From Acinetobacter wanghuae (GTDB taxonomy: Bacteria; Pseudomonadota; Gammaproteobacteria; Pseudomonadales; Moraxellaceae), in NCBI RefSeq assembly GCF_009557235.1, contig NZ_CP045650.1:60001-92000 (forward strand): a stretch of DNA of 32,000 nucleotides, in the 5' to 3' direction. A program made the position numbers and the translations under genes. Of this stretch, positions 28,957 through 32,000 are shown one piece after another. The notes under the pieces are model-generated. The model was not told the origin of the DNA. It saw nothing but the letters and a program-made list of their open reading frames with translations, and did no database searches. Each line of letters begins with the position of its first letter. Within the stretch, counting starts at the first letter, position 1.

Positions 28957-30322
28957 AGGTTAAGGCAATGCCTTCTACGCTTTCTAAATCGAGCATAAAC
29001 TCGTGGATTTGATCGAGCTGATCATCGTCCTGCTGTGGATAGAACCAACGTGTGATTTGTTCAGCCACACTTGGATGATACTGAATATCAAAATGGTTTA
29101 AGCCATAAAAAATAGCTTTATGTGATTCAGGAATTTTGAGCTGAAAACGTGGATTCGGATGTTCACCGAGCGCACTTTTTACACTCACCAAATAATCGCC
29201 AATCACGTTACGTGTACGGTTTTTACGGTTTTCAAATTCAATCGTCCCTGCCACCAAATACGCATTAATATGTGAAGGAATCGGTGCAGGTTTACGATTG
29301 TCATCCATAAAGCCAATACGAACCTCATTGTGTTCCCAATCATCATCACGCACGCTGCCGTGACGTAAATCCAAAATACCATTACTGCGGATGTTGACCA
29401 CATGCCCGACAATTTTCATAAAGGGGAAATGCCCGAGTTTTTCTTGTAAGGTAAAACCGAAACGTTCCAGTACTGCACCATGATGTGGTGAGCCTAAACA
29501 AACCAAATTCTCAACAATATTCACCCATTCATAGACATTTTGTTTGCCATAGAACAGCGCACTACGTGACACCAAGCCGCCCATACTATGTCCAATTAAA
29601 TTGAAATGAGTAATATTAGGATTACGATTGAGCAAATCTTGTAAGGTATTGGCAAGGCTGCGCCCATTGGCAGAGATACGTCGCCCTGTGTTGTAGTTTA
29701 AATATAACAAGGTATTGTGCGGGTCTTGGGCTAAAAGCTTTGCGCCAATGCCTTCATATTTTTGGTTTGACCAATCAAGATGGTTCATACATAAACCATG
29801 CACAAATATGGTCACTCGACCTGAAAGTTGACCTTTTTGTAATTGGTTTTGATGATCATACAGGCACATAGGCAGTGCAATTGGATTATGATCACGCAGC
29901 AAATAATCACCAATAATCCCGTTCAATGCCCCGACTAAAAAATGCAGGCTAGGCGTTAAGGGTTTGTCATGTAATTTTGGAAATTTTGCAATAATACTGC
30001 GTAGACTTGGCGCAACTAAACTATTGCCATAATGGAAAATAATGTCATAAGACATTTGGTAGAGCTTGGTCATATAAGGAACATTTTGAATTTTTTTCGA
30101 GCTTTGCTCGCTAAAGCCAAACAGACTCATCAAAATTTCACGCTGAATGGTCTTGATCAGTTCTTGCACCACATCACTAAAACGTAAAGTGACCAATTGC
30201 GCCATACCTTCAAGTAAATCAGCTTGGCTGGGCGGGGTACGATCCCACTTACAATAGGTCTCATGCAACGGGGTTAAGCTTGGCATTGTTCCTATCCCTT
30301 CAATGGACCGCTTCACCGACAT
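28955..30322 (-). CDS. alpha/beta-fold hydrolase (lipase/esterase-like)
   Basis: Nucleophile elbow GHSMGG, with a later GSPHHG. The alternative start ATG 30286 has the better SD (GGATAGGAACA-ATG). Confidence 0.75.
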   Translation of the reverse strand: MSVKRSIEGIGTMPSLTPLHETYCKWDRTPPSQADLLEGMAQLVTLRFSDVVQELIKTIQREILMSLFGFSEQSSKKIQNVPYMTKLYQMSYDIIFHYGNSLVAPSLRSIIAKFPKLHDKPLTPSLHFLVGALNGIIGDYLLRDHNPIALPMCLYDHQNQLQKGQLSGRVTIFVHGLCMNHLDWSNQKYEGIGAKLLAQDPHNTLLYLNYNTGRRISANGRSLANTLQDLLNRNPNITHFNLIGHSMGGLVSRSALFYGKQNVYEWVNIVENLVCLGSPHHGAVLERFGFTLQEKLGHFPFMKIVGHVVNIRSNGILDLRHGSVRDDDWEHNEVRIGFMDDNRKPAPIPSHINAYLVAGTIEFENRKNRTRNVIGDYLVSVKSALGEHPNPRFQLKIPESHKAIFYGLNHFDIQYHPSVAEQITRWFYPQQDDDQLDQIHEFMLDLESVEGIALT

Positions 30323-30525
30323 CTTTCTTTTTTGAGGTGATCGCGGTATAAATTCTTATGATCTGTGATAGTTCTCAGAATACTTTTAAAATACCGAGAA
30401 TTGCAGCATTGCTATCAGGATCTTGTCTAACAATGTGGCGATTAAAATAAATTGAATGAATGTGATCTATGTCTCATTTATAAAATAGATTTTGATCATT
30501 TCCTATACTTTTTTGTTATCAGTCG

Positions 30526-31119
30526 ATGAATGTCATTTATTTGCATGGCTTTAAAAGTAGTGCGCTGTCTATAAAAGGGCAGTTACTTGAAAAATATTGT
30601 TCGAATAATCCGAATATTAATGTGCATTTGCCCGATTTAAACCAATCACCGCTGCATGTGATTGACCAGTTATCCAGTTTAATCGAGTCGATGAATGACG
30701 TGGCATTGGTCGGCAGTAGCCTTGGTGGCTTTTATGCGACACATTTGGTCGCGAAGCATCATGTGCCGGCTGTACTGATTAATCCAGCAATGCGACCATG
30801 GCAATTGTTCCGCGAACTCTTTGATGAGGTATTGCCTTATCAAGTTCATCCAAATTGGTGCTTGGATGATTCAGATCTTGACCAACTCGAACAATTGGCC
30901 CTGCCAACTGCACAAGATGCAGACAAAATTTTAGTGCTATTGCAACAAGGCGATGAAGTTTTGGATTATCGTGAAGCACATCGCTATTATAGTGATGCTC
31001 GTCCACCTGCGATGATGATGACGGAAGCGCATGGTAATCATGGTATGGACGATTTTGCGGAGAAAATTCCGCTTGTTTTACAGTTTTTATTGGACTGCAT
31101 AAAAAAGGAAACCGAATAA
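30526..31119 (+). CDS. yqiA: YqiA-family esterase (UPF0227 alpha/beta hydrolase)
   Basis: 197 aa with IYLHGFKSS and GSSLGG motifs. It lies immediately upstream of parE, as in E. coli yqiA-parE. Confidence 0.8.
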   Translation: MNVIYLHGFKSSALSIKGQLLEKYCSNNPNINVHLPDLNQSPLHVIDQLSSLIESMNDVALVGSSLGGFYATHLVAKHHVPAVLINPAMRPWQLFRELFDEVLPYQVHPNWCLDDSDLDQLEQLALPTAQDADKILVLLQQGDEVLDYREAHRYYSDARPPAMMMTEAHGNHGMDDFAEKIPLVLQFLLDCIKKETE

Positions 31120-31120
31120 C

Positions 31121-32000
31121 GTGTCTCAATATACGGCTCAATCTCTTGAAGTTTTATCTGGTTTAGATCCGGTGCGTCGTCGCCCGGGCATGTATACCGA
31201 TACCACTCGTCCGAACCACTTGGCACAGGAAGTAATTGATAATGCAGTCGATGAGGCACTTGCGGGACATGCCAACAAAATTACCGTGATTGTCTATAAA
31301 GACGGGTCATTGTCGGTTGAAGACAATGGTCGTGGTATGCCTGTTGATATTCATCCGGAATATGGTCAAAGCGGTATCGAAATTATTCTGACTAAACTGC
31401 ATGCCGGCGGTAAATTTAGCACCGACAACTACCAATTCTCAGGTGGTTTGCATGGTGTGGGTATCTCCGTCGTTAATGCCTTGTCGACCCGTGTGGAAGT
31501 TGCGGTACAGCGTCAGGGTAATCTATATAAAATGAACTTTGAGCAAGGTGAGCCGACAGCACCGCTTGAAGTTTTAGAAGGCAAATGTGCGAAACGTGCT
31601 ACAGGTACAACTGTCCATTTTTGGCCTGAAGCGAAATATTTTGATTCACCAAAATTCGCCTTAAAAGCCTTAAAACACAATCTGAAAGCCAAAGCCGTTT
31701 TAGCGGCAGGTCTGCAAATTAACTATGTCGATCAAATCAACGATGAGAAGATCACATGGCAGTTTGAAAATGGTTTAGTCGACTATTTGATGGACGAAAT
31801 GCAAGACCGCGAAATTATTCCGGCACCTGCATTTGTGGCAACGGGTGATGCAGACCGTGCCAGTGCTGAATTTGCCATTTGTTGGAATGTCGAAGGCGGT
31901 GAAAGTATTCAGGAATCTTATGTCAATTTGATTCCAACGGCGCAAGGCGGTACGCACGTCAATGGTTTACGCTCAGGTGTCACCGATGCCATGCGTGAAT
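31121..32000 (+). CDS. parE: DNA topoisomerase IV subunit B (N-terminal part; continues beyond the window)
   Basis: The frame is open from GTG 31121 to the window end. Translation gives SQYTAQSLEVLSGLDPVRRRPGMYTDTTRPNHLAQEVIDNAVDEALAGHA...EDNGRGMPVD...KLHAGGKF. It is called ParE rather than GyrB by yqiA synteny and the N-terminus. Confidence 0.88.
   Translation, partial: MSQYTAQSLEVLSGLDPVRRRPGMYTDTTRPNHLAQEVIDNAVDEALAGHANKITVIVYKDGSLSVEDNGRGMPVDIHPEYGQSGIEIILTKLHAGGKFSTDNYQFSGGLHGVGISVVNALSTRVEVAVQRQGNLYKMNFEQGEPTAPLEVLEGKCAKRATGTTVHFWPEAKYFDSPKFALKALKHNLKAKAVLAAGLQINYVDQINDEKITWQFENGLVDYLMDEMQDREIIPAPAFVATGDADRASAEFAICWNVEGGESIQESYVNLIPTAQGGTHVNGLRSGVTDAMRE

Noticed and set aside
1-32000. 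Scan for CRISPR arrays, tRNA/rRNA genes, toxin-antitoxin pairs, integrase/att sites or defence-island gene content.
   Set aside because: I saw no regularly spaced direct repeats, no tRNA-like T-arm/acceptor patterns, and no small paired ORFs with TA features. The only mobile gene is the IS30 transposase, and its neighbours are conserved housekeeping genes in familiar synteny.

Overview
This window looks like core chromosome of an Acinetobacter-like (Moraxellaceae) gammaproteobacterium. That assignment is an inference from about 40% GC, AT-rich intergenic DNA, protein sequences and Pseudomonas/Acinetobacter-type gene order; no database search was possible. I can support about 28 protein-coding genes, nearly all housekeeping. 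In order they are: a partial PAS-GGDEF-EAL protein, rarA, purC, a BamC-like lipoprotein, dapA, an MFS transporter, pncA, a BASS transporter, a YtjB-like membrane protein, serB, a small membrane protein, an SCP2 protein, an IS30-family insertion sequence, dtd, a periplasmic catalase plus ankB, pncB, rhdA-psd, a SPOR protein, argS, a DUF924-lipoprotein-DUF445 operon, gshA-dsbB, an alpha/beta hydrolase, yqiA and partial parE. I found no rRNA, tRNA, CRISPR array, prophage or recognisable defence/accessory island, and no convincing novel multi-gene system. Four things deserve a second look. (1) The normally essential argS carries an extra in-frame TAA codon at the junction between the catalytic core and the anticodon-binding domain. 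(2) The catalase gene of a katB-ankB-like pair is split by a +1 G insertion. (3) A family of GC-rich REP-like palindromes (three copies) sits downstream of convergent genes, and one copy lies 9 bp from the IS30 element. (4) A promoter plus two-hairpin unit in the rarA/purC spacer could be a small RNA. All functional calls rest on motif recognition and synteny from memory.
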